DNA of 64,000 bases from Eledone cirrhosa. Lineage: Eukaryota. The notes under the pieces were generated by a model. It saw only the letters and a program-made list of their open reading frames with translations, was not told the DNA's origin and ran no database searches. The stretch lies in NCBI GenBank assembly GCA_964016885.1, contig OZ024740.1:223634001-223698000 (forward strand), read 5' to 3'. Below are positions 1 through 14,313 of the stretch, piece by piece (within the stretch, counting starts at the first letter, position 1; the number at the start of each line of letters is the position of its first letter). The translations under genes were made by a program, and so were the position numbers.

Positions 1-94
1 TATTTTTCATCAAGTTTTGACTTCTTAATAGCATTTCTATAATTTGATGATATAGCCTCATTAACTTTCTTGTAAGCTTTCTTTGTATTGAGAC

Positions 95-297
95 AATATG
101 GTCAGCTGCAAAGTTCATAGGCTGACCAAGATTCTCTCATAGAAGGAGATTATAGGGTTAATTTTCAACAAAGTCCCTGGAAAGAAACAATGCAGTTATT
201 AAGAATAAGAATTGGAATTAATGCAAGCAAGATTTCACGGCTCTAGAATAAATATTTCATAGTCAGCCTATGAACATTTCAACTAGCTTTCATGTTT
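95..297. mobile_element. Tc1/mariner-type MITE, degenerate copy
   Basis: Imperfect TIRs (CTGCAAAGTTCATAGGCTGAC ... GTCAGCCTATGAACATTTCAAC); body similar to copies at 3759 and 14131. Confidence 0.55.
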
Positions 298-950
298 ATA
301 TGTAGATGCATATTCTTAAGATAGTGATCAGTTTTAGTTAGTATTGTGACACAGTCTAACATACAATAGTTTAATAAAACAACAGTTAATTATCTCTTTA
401 TTTTGATGGCAAGTATTTGTTCACATTGATATATATTAGATGGACATAGACTTTTGACAAAATACCTTTGGTAAACCACTTCTTTTAAACCAAAGTCTTT
501 TCATATTACAAACCACATTTGAGCTACCAAATGTTTCCACAATGTTTAGCATAACAGGCTACATATAACATAATTCAACATAGTTGAATGTTTCTAAGAT
601 AGCAGGTTACTCAAATAAGATTTAGTGGATATAGCTATGAGAAGAACAAACTGTTTTATTAAGAACATATTGTTTATTATGTAATAATTTATTCTCACCT
701 ATGTAAATTTAGACTATTTATAAAAGAATCTATTCCAAGTGATTCTTTTCTAAGCTGGAATGAGCTGAATACTTAATGTATTTCAATACAATCGAAAATC
801 ATATTTCCTATCTAACTTCCTCTCTAGCATAAAGAAACAAATTCATATAACCCTTCCAAAAATTAATTATTTAAAAGTAAGTTTCCAGGTAAAATGTTGC
901 CTTTATTTTCAGCTTAACTTTCTAATTTAATACTTCCTTTGAAACTGAAT

Positions 951-1193
951 TTAACCCTTTGAAATTATATTTTTAATGAAATACACTGTATTTTAATTAA
1001 TTATGGAATAATTTAAAGAGAATTACTAAGTTTATTAACTATTAAGATGGTATGTTATACATAACTTAAGAAAATATTCTTATATCAAATTATATTGAAA
1101 GATTGCAATTTAAATAGGAACCCTTCAAGATGGGTGGTTTTGTTTCACAGAACAAGAGCTAGTTTGGGGCAGGTTTGGTGTAATACTGGTTAA
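951..1193. mobile_element. Possible piggyBac-like MITE remnant
   Basis: Starts TTAACCCTTT and ends GGTTAA; loosely similar segments near 22850-23030 and 55138-55388. Confidence 0.3.
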
Positions 1194-3758
1194 ACATACA
1201 TGTAGATATCTCATAGTATATAAAATAATTGGGATTTTATTTACCTGTTTGCAATAATTTTTCCATACACGTAAATAACATTGGACCATTCCTATGAGTT
1301 CAAATGTCCTTCATGGAATTTTCAGTTTGAGTAGCTTTCACTCCAGGGTCAGTCATGTTATCTCTTTACTTTATTTCGAAACAGCAAAGATGTTCTCTAA
1401 GTACTTTTTGAAAGAATTATTATAAAAAAAATCATTGTTTTCATTTCCTAACTTCTTTTACTTCAATTGTAACTCTTACTTTGATAGATGTCTTCGATAC
1501 CATCGGCCCTACTGTTGCTTATAGATCCATTATTGACCAACTATACTATCATTTCTTTCAGTGCTGCACTTACCATTGCCATCATTATTTTTTGCCATAC
1601 CACTTCCAATTGAACATCTCAGCCCCACCATCATTACTATTGCTCTAGATATTACAACTACCATTCTATATTACCCTTATCACCTCCAACATAAATGCTA
1701 GAGATATCATCAGTATAATTACTGATATGACACCATTACATACATAACTCACAAAATTACCATTATCAGCATTACTATTACCATTGGAACTAATAGCACT
1801 GTGGGCATATTTCTTCTTCCGCAGCTGCTACTACTACTACTACTCCATTTGCAGATGTTACTTCTTTTACTACAATTATAAATGGCTACTTGAAACATTA
1901 TTTTCAATGTTACATTTACTATTGCAGCCACCATTTAACTTTCCCCTCATTTAATAGCCTTAAATATTAAATGTTTTAAACTACTGGAATCCAATTTGGG
2001 AAGTGGAAATATCTCTCTATATCTCCAATAATACAACAAATTAGGTAGATAAGGTGAATTATCATTTCTTTTGAAGTAATCAATAGTTCTAGATATTTTA
2101 AGCAGATGAAATCACTTTATCATATGAACTAGATTTTAATACATATTAAAGTACTATAATGTATAGCTGGAGACATTGCTAAAGTATTTATACTTGAAGT
2201 CTTCACTTAGCGTTACTATTTGCTTTCCAGTTACATTTGTTAATATACATAGAGCATCTAGCCTAAAGAACATAATATGCACACATGCATGCTTACATAT
2301 CAAATTGCGTAATTTATTTTTGAAAATTAAAAAGAAATTTCTCATAAAAAAAAGCAGAGATAAATTTATTCCTGTTATCTATTCATAGATTTGTTCTCAT
2401 TAAATGGGTTGGTTTGCCCCAGAGTTATAATTAGTGAAACTTGTGCAACATGACACACGGAGATCGACAGTGAGCAAAATTCTTAATCATTTGGTTATGC
2501 TGCATCCACAATGTGAAATTTGATACATGAAACTGTTTGGAAGCTTGTTGGGTGGACTCCTCAAAATTCAAAAGTTCAGTCTTGTCCAACACAGTGACTT
2601 GCTGAATCTTCTTGCATACGCATGTTTGTGGAATATTCAGTAACTTGTATGTTAATTTCATAAGTAGGCTGTCCCATTGGTTTAATAACTGGAACACTCA
2701 CACTCACTGAAACCATCTGATGCTCATAACCCCAACCCCACAAATATTGTATTATAGCCTGCTTTGAAAATGGTAGTCAATACAAAAGTAATTTTTTAAA
2801 CTATAATTTTAGTTACGTTTTATGTGACCTGAAATAAAACCTAGTTTTTCAATATTAGGAATGAATATTAATCTGATGCCCTGGATTTTGAAAAACTCTC
2901 TCACAGAAAAATGAATATTCTTGAGTGCTATATTCATTGGAATTATTTGCAATTTGCAATTCTATTAGCACTGAATTTTTGATCCATTGTCATGTGTCCA
3001 GCTTTCAAAAATAGCTTCCAACAAAAACCATCTAAAATATTTTGCTTATAAATTCTTTGTAATTTTTAAAGGGATTTTAAAAGCCTGGACATACATTTTG
3101 AATGCACAAAGTTTGGACTCTCTACTAGGTGCAGATATATTTTCTGTACTAGGCTAGGAAAAGTTAGTTGCATATTTTATTGAAACAGGGGTTTACTTTT
3201 CACATATACATCAATACAATTTAATTTAAAACATGCCAAAAAATATTAAAAACCTATTGAGGAATGTACCACAACTGCAAGTTTGAAAAATGATTGTGCC
3301 TACTTTGCATATTTAACACTCCATCATCTTCATCATCGGTTATATGTCCACTTTCTATATTTGCCTGGGTTTAATGAGTTATCTCCATCACAGCTTACAA
3401 TTAGCTAATGTGCATATATAATTAAATATTGAACAGCTTAACTCAAATAAGCAACTTAAGTGCTATTAACAGGACGTGAGGTTTTTTTATTTACCATTTC
3501 TACATTTGCAGCGAGGTTTTTTCTGAAAACTACATTTTCAACAGGTTTACTGTATAAATACACATTAATTCAGATATTTTATTTGTTTATAAATTTGAAA
3601 TTTTTTTAGTAAAGTATGTGACATGATGTGGTTTCAGACTATTTGGAAAACTAGGAGTTTATGATAATGAAGAAATAAATCTTCCAAATTGAATTTCATT
3701 GCTGGTTTGGTTGTATTTTAATCATCTCAACACCAACTCAACTAAAACTGCTTCTATT

Positions 3759-3952
3759 ATGAGGTTTTGCTGAAAACGTAGGCTGACTAAGATGCTCTTA
3801 TGGAATAACTAAATGAGATTTATTTTTCAACATAGACCCTGGAAAAAAGCAATGTAGTTATTAAGAAGAGTTAAAATTAAGCCTGCAAAACGTTACAGCT
3901 CTAGCATCACTCCTTCATAATCAGCATATAAACTTTTCAGTCCACCCTCGTA
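3759..3952. mobile_element. Tc1/mariner-type MITE
   Basis: TIR TAYGAGG...CTGAAAA / TTTTCAGTCCACCCTCGTA with TA ends; three copies in window. Confidence 0.65.
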
Positions 3953-4408
3953 AAGTGTTCAAATTTTAATTCAAATTTGTTGCACTAGGGTAGGAGATTG
4001 GTCAAATTGTTAGTGTGTCCGATGACATGCCTTGTGGTGTTTCTTCCGCTTCTTGATTTAAAAGTTGAAATTCTCATCTGGCCTAATTAGGTGATAGAAT
4101 TAATCTGTCACACAGTTAAACACCACCACCTGTTTCCTGGATACTTTTAGCAGAGTCTCCTGTATTGCAACCAATTTGACCATCCCTCTCCCTCTCATCA
4201 GTCTTGGAGGAAAAATAAACTCACACAATCTATAGAAATTGGTTTTCTCATAAAATTGGCAGTTTTTTTAATTTATTTTACTTTGCTTTATAAACAAATC
4301 TATGTGGCAAGCCATTTTTTTTATAAGCTCCATCCTTCTTCCCCAGGTTTTGAAAAAAAATGTCATCTGCTATATCCACAGATTGACCAATGCTTGTCAG
4401 CAAATTTA

Positions 4409-4415
<7 letters not shown>

Positions 4416-4486
<71 letters not shown>
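4416..4486. repeat. (TG)n microsatellite
   Basis: Direct observation. Confidence 0.95.
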
Positions 4487-4495
<9 letters not shown>

Positions 4496-6119
4496 TGTGT
4501 GTCTTTCTATGCATCATGGTTTTTGACGGTTTTTTATGTCCTGCATAAAAAATCTTCAATATATTACATTCGAACACAGATCATTACTATATACCATTCT
4601 ATATAAATAGCAACTGCCTCAGAAATGTCTTATCCAGCCCATGGAAACTTAGATGAAAAAGTTATGATAATGATGATGTCCTTTTATTAATTGTCCATCA
4701 AATTTTAACATGTGATTTTCACAACAGTTAACAAGAATAAAGCATTTCTTAAACAAATATATTTTTGTTATAATAAATGTATTTAAAGTTACATCATTAT
4801 TAATCTAAATACAGTTGATTTATATCTGAAACATGACCCTTCCCTTTTAGCACTCATTTGTTATGTCTATTATTTTTGTGATAAAAAAATAAAGTAAATA
4901 AATAAATAAATAAATAAACCCCAAATATATAAAAATGTCTAACAAAGTAGATTTTACGAATTTTCTTAAAACTGTTTTTTCTCACTTTACGTACTTGAAG
5001 TGAAGGAAATTAGTTTCTTTGTGATGGCATAATATTCAAATTAGTTTGTCAAATGCAGAACTTCAGCAACTTTCTCTTGGAAGAGACTTTTTATTATATT
5101 CTTAACCATGATATTTACATACTTTCTAGTTATATAACTTCTTAGATTCTTCCATTCATTGTGTAACATATAATTGTACGAGTGACATTTCAAATCCACA
5201 AAAATCTTGTTGCAGCTAAAGGACAATTAATAAAAATAATCACTTATTTTCTTCTATTATTAGAAACCTATCCCTGACTTAATCCCAATAGTGTAATAGC
5301 TAGTAGGGGAATAGAAGGGGCAATCTGCTTTTTGTGCCACTTATGAAACGGTGTGTAAGGTTATAATGTATGTGTATTTGAGGACGTGGGGTAGTGAGTC
5401 TGAAAAATTGACTTGTAAATATAACTACAGCATAGGTCTGCCTTAATTGAGTAGACTTATGATAAAAGACATTCAACTAATCTCTTACACATTCTTTATT
5501 CAAGTACATTGTGTATCAGGGATTGCATTATTCAATATGTTCTTCCTTTTTAAAGAGAGTAAGGTGCAATTAGCTTTGGCTGCTATTTCTAGCTGATTGG
5601 GCAATCGTATAGCAGCCACATTGATTTAAAAACTTTACCTGAAATAAACATCTTCATACTTTTAATTCCTGATTTAAAATGTCTAATATTTGTTTATCAT
5701 ATAGTATGCTTGGTATCATTCATATGATGTCACCGTTTTCCACAGTTTTCATATTTCCTTCCAGTAGAGATACAGTCTTATGTGACAGCTCATCTTGCAA
5801 ATGTTTCATGGTTCTGATGGACAAAATGGTAAATACTTTACCTGAAGGCTGATGAGCTGAAAGTGCCACTCTGCTTCACAGAGCTCATACTTGAAGCTGG
5901 ATATGTATATTCTGATAAAACTGAGGAATGAGGTAATTTGGGGAAGCAGGATGCCAGAAGTTCTCAAAGCTATAGGTTTCACAAGAAATCTATCTGAGCA
6001 ATTGGTATTTTGTTGCTTATGGTTATATGCCTGCCAGCTGAAAGATTGGACTCTAATGCTGATTTCACTATGTTGCTGTTGGAGAAAGTAATAACGATTT
6101 ACCACCTCAGAATAGAAGG

Positions 6120-6600
6120 ATTCCTGCACTTAATTCAGCCGAGTGATTTCCATCACTCATAAACACGGCCCCAAGATACTTGAATTTCTCTGCCTGCTTC
6201 AGTGGAACTCCATTCAAATGTAGAGTGCACTGCACAGGCTTCCTTGAGAGGATGACTACCTCAGTCTTTGCAGAATTGAGTTTCATTCCTGCCATGCAAC
6301 ACTGAGCATCAAACCTATGAAATTCATGTCAGAAATCACCTTTTGATGAGGTAAGTGATACCATGACGTCTACAAATTCCAGCCATCATCCTACATCTGC
6401 CATTCGTGATACCACTTCCAACCTAACTCTGCATATCAATCTTGTTTATAAAAATAATAAATAGGAGCAATAACATTATGTACCTTTATGGAGACCAAAT
6501 TTCATATTAAAAGTTTCAATTTAGCACTATTTATCCAAGCACAAATACTCAACACATTGAGCTTTTAATTATCATTATAAGTCCAACCTAAGTGGATATC
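6120..6600 (-). mobile_element. Non-LTR retrotransposon (LINE) RT fragment, degenerate
   Basis: ORF 6107-6295 GMKLNSAKTEVVILSRK...LNGVPLKQAEKFKYLG is the typical RT C-terminal KT..FKYLG segment. Confidence 0.75.
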
Positions 6601-6654
6601 TCCAATTATGAATCTTTGTGTGTGTGTCTGTGTGTATATATATATATTTTTTTT

Positions 6655-6983
6655 TCATTTTACGTCCGCTTTTTCCCTGCTTGCAAGGGTGGGACAGGAA
6701 CTGATTCTGGCTTGATTTTTACAGCTGGATGCCCTTCCTAGCACCAACCTTATTTAGAGTGAGTGGTGGGTGCTTTTTTGCCGTGGCACCTCCACGACCA
6801 CTTTGCAGTGGAATGATAGGGACCCCAGTCCCTATCATCTCATTTCTACAGCTGAGTAAACTGGAGCAATGTGAAATAAAGTGTCTTGCTCAAGAAAACA
6901 ACACATCACCCGGTCTGAGAATTGAACTCACAACCTTTCAATTGCAAGGTCAATGCTCTAACCACTAAGCCATGCGCCTCCAC
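6655..6983 (-). mobile_element. tRNA-headed CORE-like SINE joined to an RTE-type 3' end
   Basis: Minus strand A-box TGGCTTAGTGG, B-box GTTCAATTC, CORE-like CTTGAGCAAGACACTT; RTE-like 3' end CCCACCCTTGCAAGCAGGGAAAAAGCGGACGTAAA. Confidence 0.65.
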
Positions 6984-6984
6984 G

Positions 6985-7368
<384 letters not shown>

Positions 7369-7523
7369 TAATATATGATAAACATGTACATGTTTTAGTT
7401 GCAATTGACTAATAAAATAGTTAGAATGAAATATCTTAATTCATATATTAATTTATACTTCTCAGAAGCGATTCTTAGAGCTGAAATAATTGTAAATGAC
7501 CCCATTGAGTGTAAACTCTAAGT

Positions 7524-7570
<47 letters not shown>

Positions 7571-7612
7571 GACAGAGAGAGGGACAAAGACTGACTGTGA
7601 GACAGAGACACA

Positions 7613-7760
7613 GACATGGGTGGAGTTGGTGATTGCTGACCTCAGATCGCTGAAGCTCTCAGAGAAGATGATGAAGGACTGCGACAAATGGAGTGATGCT
7701 TCAAAGGATGTGTCCCACCCTTGCAAGCAAGGAAAGTGGACGGTAAATGATGATGATGAT
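7613..7760 (+). mobile_element. RTE LINE 3' end fragment
   Basis: TW.ELVIADLRSLKL...D.W peptide remnant, CCCACCCTTGCAAGCAAGGAAAGTGGACG and (GAT)n tail; matches 19780-19922. Confidence 0.7.
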
Positions 7761-7962
7761 ATATATATACATAACACATATAAGCGTTTAGTGTATTTTT
7801 GTCTTAGTTTTAAGTGAGTAAATGTCACCACTGATGAATAAAAAGCCAGAAACTGATGCCTGGCATTCTCATTAGCTACTTAGATAGCTATGATTTGGCA
7901 ACAGTTTAAATTAGTCATAGTGAGATTCTTGTATCATATATCATATATGCCATGATATCTAC

Positions 7963-8016
<54 letters not shown>

Positions 8017-8172
8017 TTCAAGAGTAATCAATCTTAAAGAGAGATAGGAGAGGAGAGATTGGTGAATTAGTTAGAAGCCAAAGCGTAAAGACATGTGCTC
8101 AATGTGCAATATGCAGTGGAAGACAGCTAGGTAGCTGGGTTCATACAGAAGTTAGGTTCACAGGGCTGGAAA

Positions 8173-9612
8173 TATTCATTAGTTAAGCAAAACAAGACCA
8201 CAAATTTCACAAGGAAGACATTATTTAAAGATTGTCAACATATTTTATTTTGATGTAAGGAATGTAGAAAATAATAATAATAATATTAATAATAATAATG
8301 TCCGTTTACAATTGTTTCGCTACTCCATATAATATTTCTGGATCAAATGATTATAGATCATTATTGATCTGGTTCAGTTGAAAATAATTAACATAGGTAA
8401 AAATAGAGCAGCTCACCGGAACTTCAAAAGGAATATAAATTAAAATAAGGAAAGAATGTTACATAAATGTAATGTTCCATATATTGGTATTTCACCTTGG
8501 TGTCCTGGGTACATCCATTGTCTGACATAGTGGAGCAGTATTCTTCTGTAGAGGCTGCATTGTGTGATATCTATGGGTAACAAGATGGCCGCCAATGGAC
8601 ATATTTACCTTACTAATTAGAGGGTGGTTTCAGGGGAAGTAACTCCTCGAGAGATTAGGAAATGTTGGTAGTTTATAGTTAAGTGCTAATTATGTCTTAC
8701 CGAAGCATATTACATAACTCTATCACGACCTCTGCCGATTAACGATAGAACGGAGGTAACTATTAGCTGTCAATATCGAAGGGCTAATTCCTTTGCCAAC
8801 AGAATATTTGACCCAACATAGTCATCTAGCTCCATTTTTACTTGTAGCTAATAAGTTAAATAGTTTTAACTAACTTAGATATTTATAAGTTACCTCCCTT
8901 ACATTGTCTCTCAATCAAAAAATTAAAAAATTAGCACTTAACTATAAACTACCCACAATTTCTAATCTCTCGAGGGGTTACTTCCCCTGAAACCACCCTC
9001 TAATTAGTAAGGTAAACATGTCCATTGGCGGCCATCTTGTTACCTATAGGCAGATCTCACACAATGCAGCCTCAACAGAAGAATACTGCTCCACTATGTC
9101 AGACAATGGATGTACCCAGGACACTATACTGAAATACCAATATATGGAACATTACATTTATGTAACATTATTTCCTTATTTTAATTTATATTCCTTTTGA
9201 AGTTCCGATGAGCTGCTCCATGTTTACCTATGTTAATTATTTTCAACTGAACCATATCAATAATGATCTATAATCATTTGATCCAGAAATATTATATGGA
9301 TTAACAAAACAGTTGTAAACGGACATTATTACTCCATGCTTTGACACATAGAAGTTATGGCCCTTGCCATTCTGAGTTCAAATCCCGCCGAGGTTAACTT
9401 TGCCTTTCATCCTTACGGGGTCGATAAAATAAAGTACCAGTAATGTACTGGGTATTTGCTGGCCTTGTGCCAATAGTAGAAACAATTCTTATTAATATTA
9501 TTATTATTATTATTCTCTACATTCCTTACATCAAACCAAAATATGTTGACAATCTTTTAATAATGTCTTCCTTGTGAAATTTGTGGTCTTGTTTTGCTTA
9601 ACTAATGAATAT
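8173..9612. repeat. Large fold-back (inverted repeat) element, probably PLE pLTR-derived
   Basis: 8173-8691 is the reverse complement of 8929-9612 (right arm interrupted by a SINE); ends at (TA)n. Confidence 0.85.
9333..9487 (+). mobile_element. Meta-like SINE, 5' truncated, inserted in right arm of the fold-back element
   Basis: Same B-box and central domain as 7043-7232; absent from left arm. Confidence 0.85.
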
Positions 9613-9634
9613 ATATATATATATATATATATAT

Positions 9635-10014
9635 TTAAAAAAGGAAAAGAATGACTTCACTTGTAGTTCTAAACAATTTGATTTAATTTTATAATATTAT
9701 GATTTTACAATTTGGTTTTGAAGATCTAGTAAGTTCTTTGTTAACTTCGGCGGGGAGATTTTTACAGATTCCTAGTAAACTTGTTTGGAGAACTTTCTCG
9801 CATTCATAGGTGGCGATTGTTAAAGTGAGATCTCAGTTAACCAGGAATCTGTAAACATCTTCCCACTGAAGTTAACAAAGAACTTACTAAATCTACAAAA
9901 CCAAACTGTAAATCATATTATAAAATTAAATCAAATTGTTTAGAACTACAAGGGAAGTCATTCTTTTCCTTTTTTAAGTATACCTAACTGTACCAAGGAT
10001 TTCACACATTTTCC
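9635..10014. repeat. Fold-back element flanked by (TA)n
   Basis: Arms ~9635-9772 and ~9841-9977 are inverted; second copy at 63857-64000. Confidence 0.8.
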
Positions 10015-10046
10015 TATATATATATACATATATATATATTTCTGGA

Positions 10047-10139
10047 ACCCGACGGCTGAGTTCCAGTCATTTCAACAGCTTGATCCAAACTCAACTGCCA
10101 GTGTTCGGGCAGCAAAAATAGCTGACATCATCAGAGGGT
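10047..10139 (-). ncRNA. Type I hammerhead ribozyme, canonical core with extended stem II, in solo pLTR 10040-10352
   Basis: ACCC(U)-CUGAUGA-ugu CAGCU...GCUGCC/GGCAGU...AGCUG uu-GAAA-UGACUG gaacu CAGCCG-UC-GGGU; related to 35685-35778. Confidence 0.7.
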
Positions 10140-12134
10140 GGGGTGAGGGCCAAATCCAAATATGGGCAATCAGTCTATACATAAAATTCTTTAATGAAAA
10201 AGAGAGAGAGAGTGAGTGTGTGAGTGCGTTATGTGAAATCCTGACAGCGGTGCCAAGTGGTTTCAGCTTTCACGTATCTCTATACCCACTCTACATTTCC
10301 CCATACATTCAATACTTGCATGATTAGTGGTCTCCCAGGTCTCAGCACTGTAGACTATATATATATATATATAGTCATCATTTTCTTTATTCTTAATTCT
10401 GTTTATGTACTTATAACATATAGAGTTCAAATCTGAGATTTGGCATCATTTTTTTCTTTCCTTGTGATTTATATCATAGCAGTTATGAATGATATTAATG
10501 TGTTCTCTGTCAAGCTTTCTGAGGCAAATATGTTACATTTCTTACTCAGCAGAGTAACATACACTCCCAGAGACCCCTATTCTCTCACATTTAAACACAT
10601 ATATTACCACACCTTTTTATATTTATACATTTATACCAGGTTGAAATAGTTGGCTGGCTGGTTAGGTATATAAATATATATACTTCCCACAGTTCACTTT
10701 GCCTGGACTATCAGACAAGTAAATCTTAAGACCTTGGGTTCTATGAATCAGTAGTTCTATTAATTTACCATTTTACCATTTTTTTCTCCTTATATGTGTA
10801 AATGCATTTATATTGTTAAAAGATATATATGCCAGAAGATTTTTAAACACATTTATTTGGTGAATTTGATATATAGTGATTTTATTTCTTTTTAGTTACA
10901 TCAGAGGAAGTAAGAGTTAAAAAGAAAATGACAGAAATAGTGGAATAGCATAAATGGAGATGTGACATGTTTTCTTACATAATGAGAATTCTTTTGTTTT
11001 TGTCAAATCATAATATATATAAATATCAAATAATTAGTTTTACAGGCATGAAAATTGAGGCTTTTGTATCTATCTATGTGTATGTACATATATGTATATA
11101 TGTATGTATATACATACATATATACATATATATGTATCTTTAGAGTAAGGGATGCATTATATCCTTGCAGTATTTTGTAGTTGTTTAATTGGTTTGCCAT
11201 CATAACTGCTAAAAGTTCTCAGTTAAAAGAGTAGCTGTTGGAGAGAACTAATGATATTTCCATTGTCACTTTCTAAATGTGTATATTTGTATATTATGTT
11301 TTTTTTTTTCATAAATCAATATTTAACCAGTAATGAGTCCTAATGCATTAGAAGCATTAATACATATCTCTAAGCAGTAAAAAAAATATATGTAGGTAAT
11401 ATTAAAAATGGTATGTATAGAAATTGTTCAACATTTGCATGTAATTACCTGTGTAAGATGGGGAAATTTGAAGTCATTAGAATGCTCTATAGAAAACTTC
11501 AGCTCCCTCTATCCTGAGATCAAATCCCATCAAGATTAACTTAGTCTTTCATTCTTGCAAAGTTGCTAAAGTACATACATATATGTATGCTACTGGGGTT
11601 GTTTATCTGGTTATCTCTGTTTCTCTTTCGATGACATTGACAAATTTTGAGGGAGATGGGGTCCACTGGCTTATAATAGAACACCTACAATTCCATCCAG
11701 TTCAAGACCCATGGATGGATGGAAATACTTGTGTATTGGTTACATTTTACAACAAAATGTTATGTTGGCAAGGCTCTATGTCACCTGGAAGTGTGACTTA
11801 TCGAGTGTTAATTAATAGCCTGGTCACATTTTATGCTTTTATGTTGCTTTGTGGTTTCATCTGATTTTCCTGTTTGCACTTTTTCTTAATAAATTCAATA
11901 ACCAAGTTGAGATATATTTAAGGATAAATGTTCTTATATTTTAGTAATATGGAGAGAAATATTAAAATAGACATAAATAAACTTAAACATCAAAGATATT
12001 TGTCTACATTAGTTAATATAATCAAGAAAGTATGTTTTATACTAAATATTTTTAAATATTTAATTAGTTGCATTTATTGCATTGTATGTAAATACAACAG
12101 AAAGCAGATAAACAGTGTAAGAAAATATGAAAAT

Positions 12135-12327
12135 AATTGTTTCTACTTTTGGCACAAGACCAACAATTATCTCAGTGTATTACTGGTACTTTATTTTATC
12201 GACCCCGTAAGGATGAAAGGCAAAGTTAACCTCGGCAGGATTTGAACTCAGACCGTAAAGGGCCGTAACTCTTTGCTGCAAAGCATGGCATCTGACCTTC
12301 TACCGATACTGCCAATCTACCGCCCTT
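12135..12327 (-). mobile_element. Meta-like SINE, full length
   Basis: Same family; AATATGAAA repeated on both sides (TSD). Confidence 0.85.
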
Positions 12328-12534
12328 GAATATGAAACAAATAATGACAAATATGGTACAAATATATAGTAATAATTTAATAACTACTACCAGATCTACT
12401 ATGTAGCTAATAAAGAACAATCGACAAGTTCCCAGACATCATTCAATCCTAGTGGGACGGAGCTCGTCAAATCAGACAATGGCAACAATGTTTTCATTGG
12501 TCTTTCATTGCTGATACTATCTACCAGTTGCAAA

Positions 12535-12665
12535 TCTTGGTAGAATGAGCAATATAAAATAAAGTGTCTTTCTCAAAGACATAATACATCACCCAGTCCA
12601 GGAATTGAACTTGCAACCTCATGATGGCAAATCCAATTCTTTAACCACTAAGCCACATGCCTTCA
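12535..12665 (-). mobile_element. CORE-like SINE head, degenerate
   Basis: TGGCTTAGTGGTTAAAG...GTTCAATTCC...TTTGAGAAAGACACTTTATTT on minus strand. Confidence 0.6.
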
Positions 12666-12812
12666 TAATAAGTATGAAGTATCAAAACCCCATAAGTAGT
12701 TTAAGCTTCAGATGCTCTAATCCTGGAAGGGTCTTATATTAGTAAACCCACCACAGTAATAAAATAACTGTCTTGGCATATTTAATTGGCATATATTATT
12801 ACAAACAATCTC

Positions 12813-12926
12813 CTTACGGTCTGAGTTCAAATCCCGCCGAGGTTAACTTTGCCTTTCATCCCTACGGTTTCGATAAAATAAAGTACCAGTAATACACTGG
12901 CCTTGTGCTAAAAGTAGAAACAATTA
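12813..12926 (+). mobile_element. Meta-like SINE, 5' truncated
   Basis: Family match; TSD ATTATTACAAACA. Confidence 0.8.
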
Positions 12927-13086
12927 TTACAAACATTCATGACAACAAATATCAGTTGGAGAGGATAATACTCATTAACAAACAGTTCCTGAATATCTTA
13001 TGATGGTGATAACTGATCCGATGATTGTCAATCCCCTAAATCAAAATAAAGAAACTATGTTATTATTAATCTTTTCCATTGTTGAC

Positions 13087-13088
<2 letters not shown>

Positions 13089-13126
<38 letters not shown>

Positions 13127-13955
13127 GTTTAACGTCCATCTTCCACGCTTGCATGGGTTTGGACGGGAATTTTCCCACTTGAGGCAAGATTGGTTGTATT
13201 GCTCGTATAGGACTGTCTGGCAGGTTTTCTATGGCTGGATGCCCTTCCTAACACCAACCACGTTTACAGTGTGGACTAGGAGGTTTTTACCGTGTTACCT
13301 ACACGGCCACATTACAGCGTGGACTGTGTGTTTTTTGTCGTGACACCTACACGACCTCATTTATTTTGGACTGGATGTTGTGGCACCAACATAACTTTAC
13401 ATCGAAGGGGGTGGGGGTAGTGGGACAGGGGTGTATTTTTGTAAAGTTCCTACTGACTGTAGGTTTCGCTTTGTACTTAGGCAAGGTGGGTCTTCTGTAT
13501 TACTATGTAGCACCAAAGATCTCGGTCCAGTGACATTGACTTGGAGACGTGTAAGTGTGTGAGGTCGCAATTTATCAAGTCATCCCAGGTTTTTCTGGCT
13601 CTGCCTACCGTCTATTTTTATCGCCCTGCACTTTTTTATACAGCTGTCGTCTTTAATGCGCATCACATGACCATACCAACGTAGTCTTCTCTCGAGTAAA
13701 CAACATCTGATCCCTCTTATTCCTAATTTTCTCCCTTAGTTCACTTATGCTTTGCCATTCACGTATATTACTATTACACATCCAATGGAGCATGCAAGCT
13801 TTGTTCCTCTCCAGTCTGCATATATCCTCTGCACACAATGCCCAAGTCTCACTGCCATGTTACATTGCTGTTCGTATGCAGGCATCATACAGCCTGCCTT
13901 TCATTTTTAGAGAGAACCCTTTAGCGGCCAATAGTGGTATAAGCTCTCTGAACTT
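13089..13955 (-). mobile_element. RTE LINE 3' portion with long 3' UTR and (GAT)n tail
   Basis: ORF remnants GFSLKMKGRLYDACIRTAM..GSETWA..EDICRLERN, RLRWYGHVMR; (CAT)n tract 13089-13126; UTR shared with 23218-23765. Confidence 0.8.
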
Positions 13956-14130
13956 TTTGAATATCTGTAAATTGTATATCTGTAAATTGTAACTCCTAGC
14001 AAAACGTTTTTTCTGGTGACAGAATGCCAGATTTGAATCCAGAATGCATAGATCTAGAACAAGTATTAAAGGCTATCATCCTGTCTGATGCTTTAAATTT
14101 GATAGTTCTACAACTAATATACATAGACAA

Positions 14131-14313
14131 TACAAGAGTTGGTTGAAAAGTTCATAGTCTGGCTATGAAGGAGTGATGCTAGTGTTGTGAAATCTTTCAT
14201 GCATTTTTCAACTCTTCTTATTAATAACTTGTTTCCTACCAGGGACTATGTTGAAAAATAAATTTCCATAAGAGTATCTTGGTTAGCCTATCAACTTTTC
14301 AGCTACCCTCGTA
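14131..14313. mobile_element. Tc1/mariner-type MITE
   Basis: TIRs TACAAGAGTTGGTTGAAAAGTTCATAG / CTATCAACTTTTCAGCTACCCTCGTA. Confidence 0.7.
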
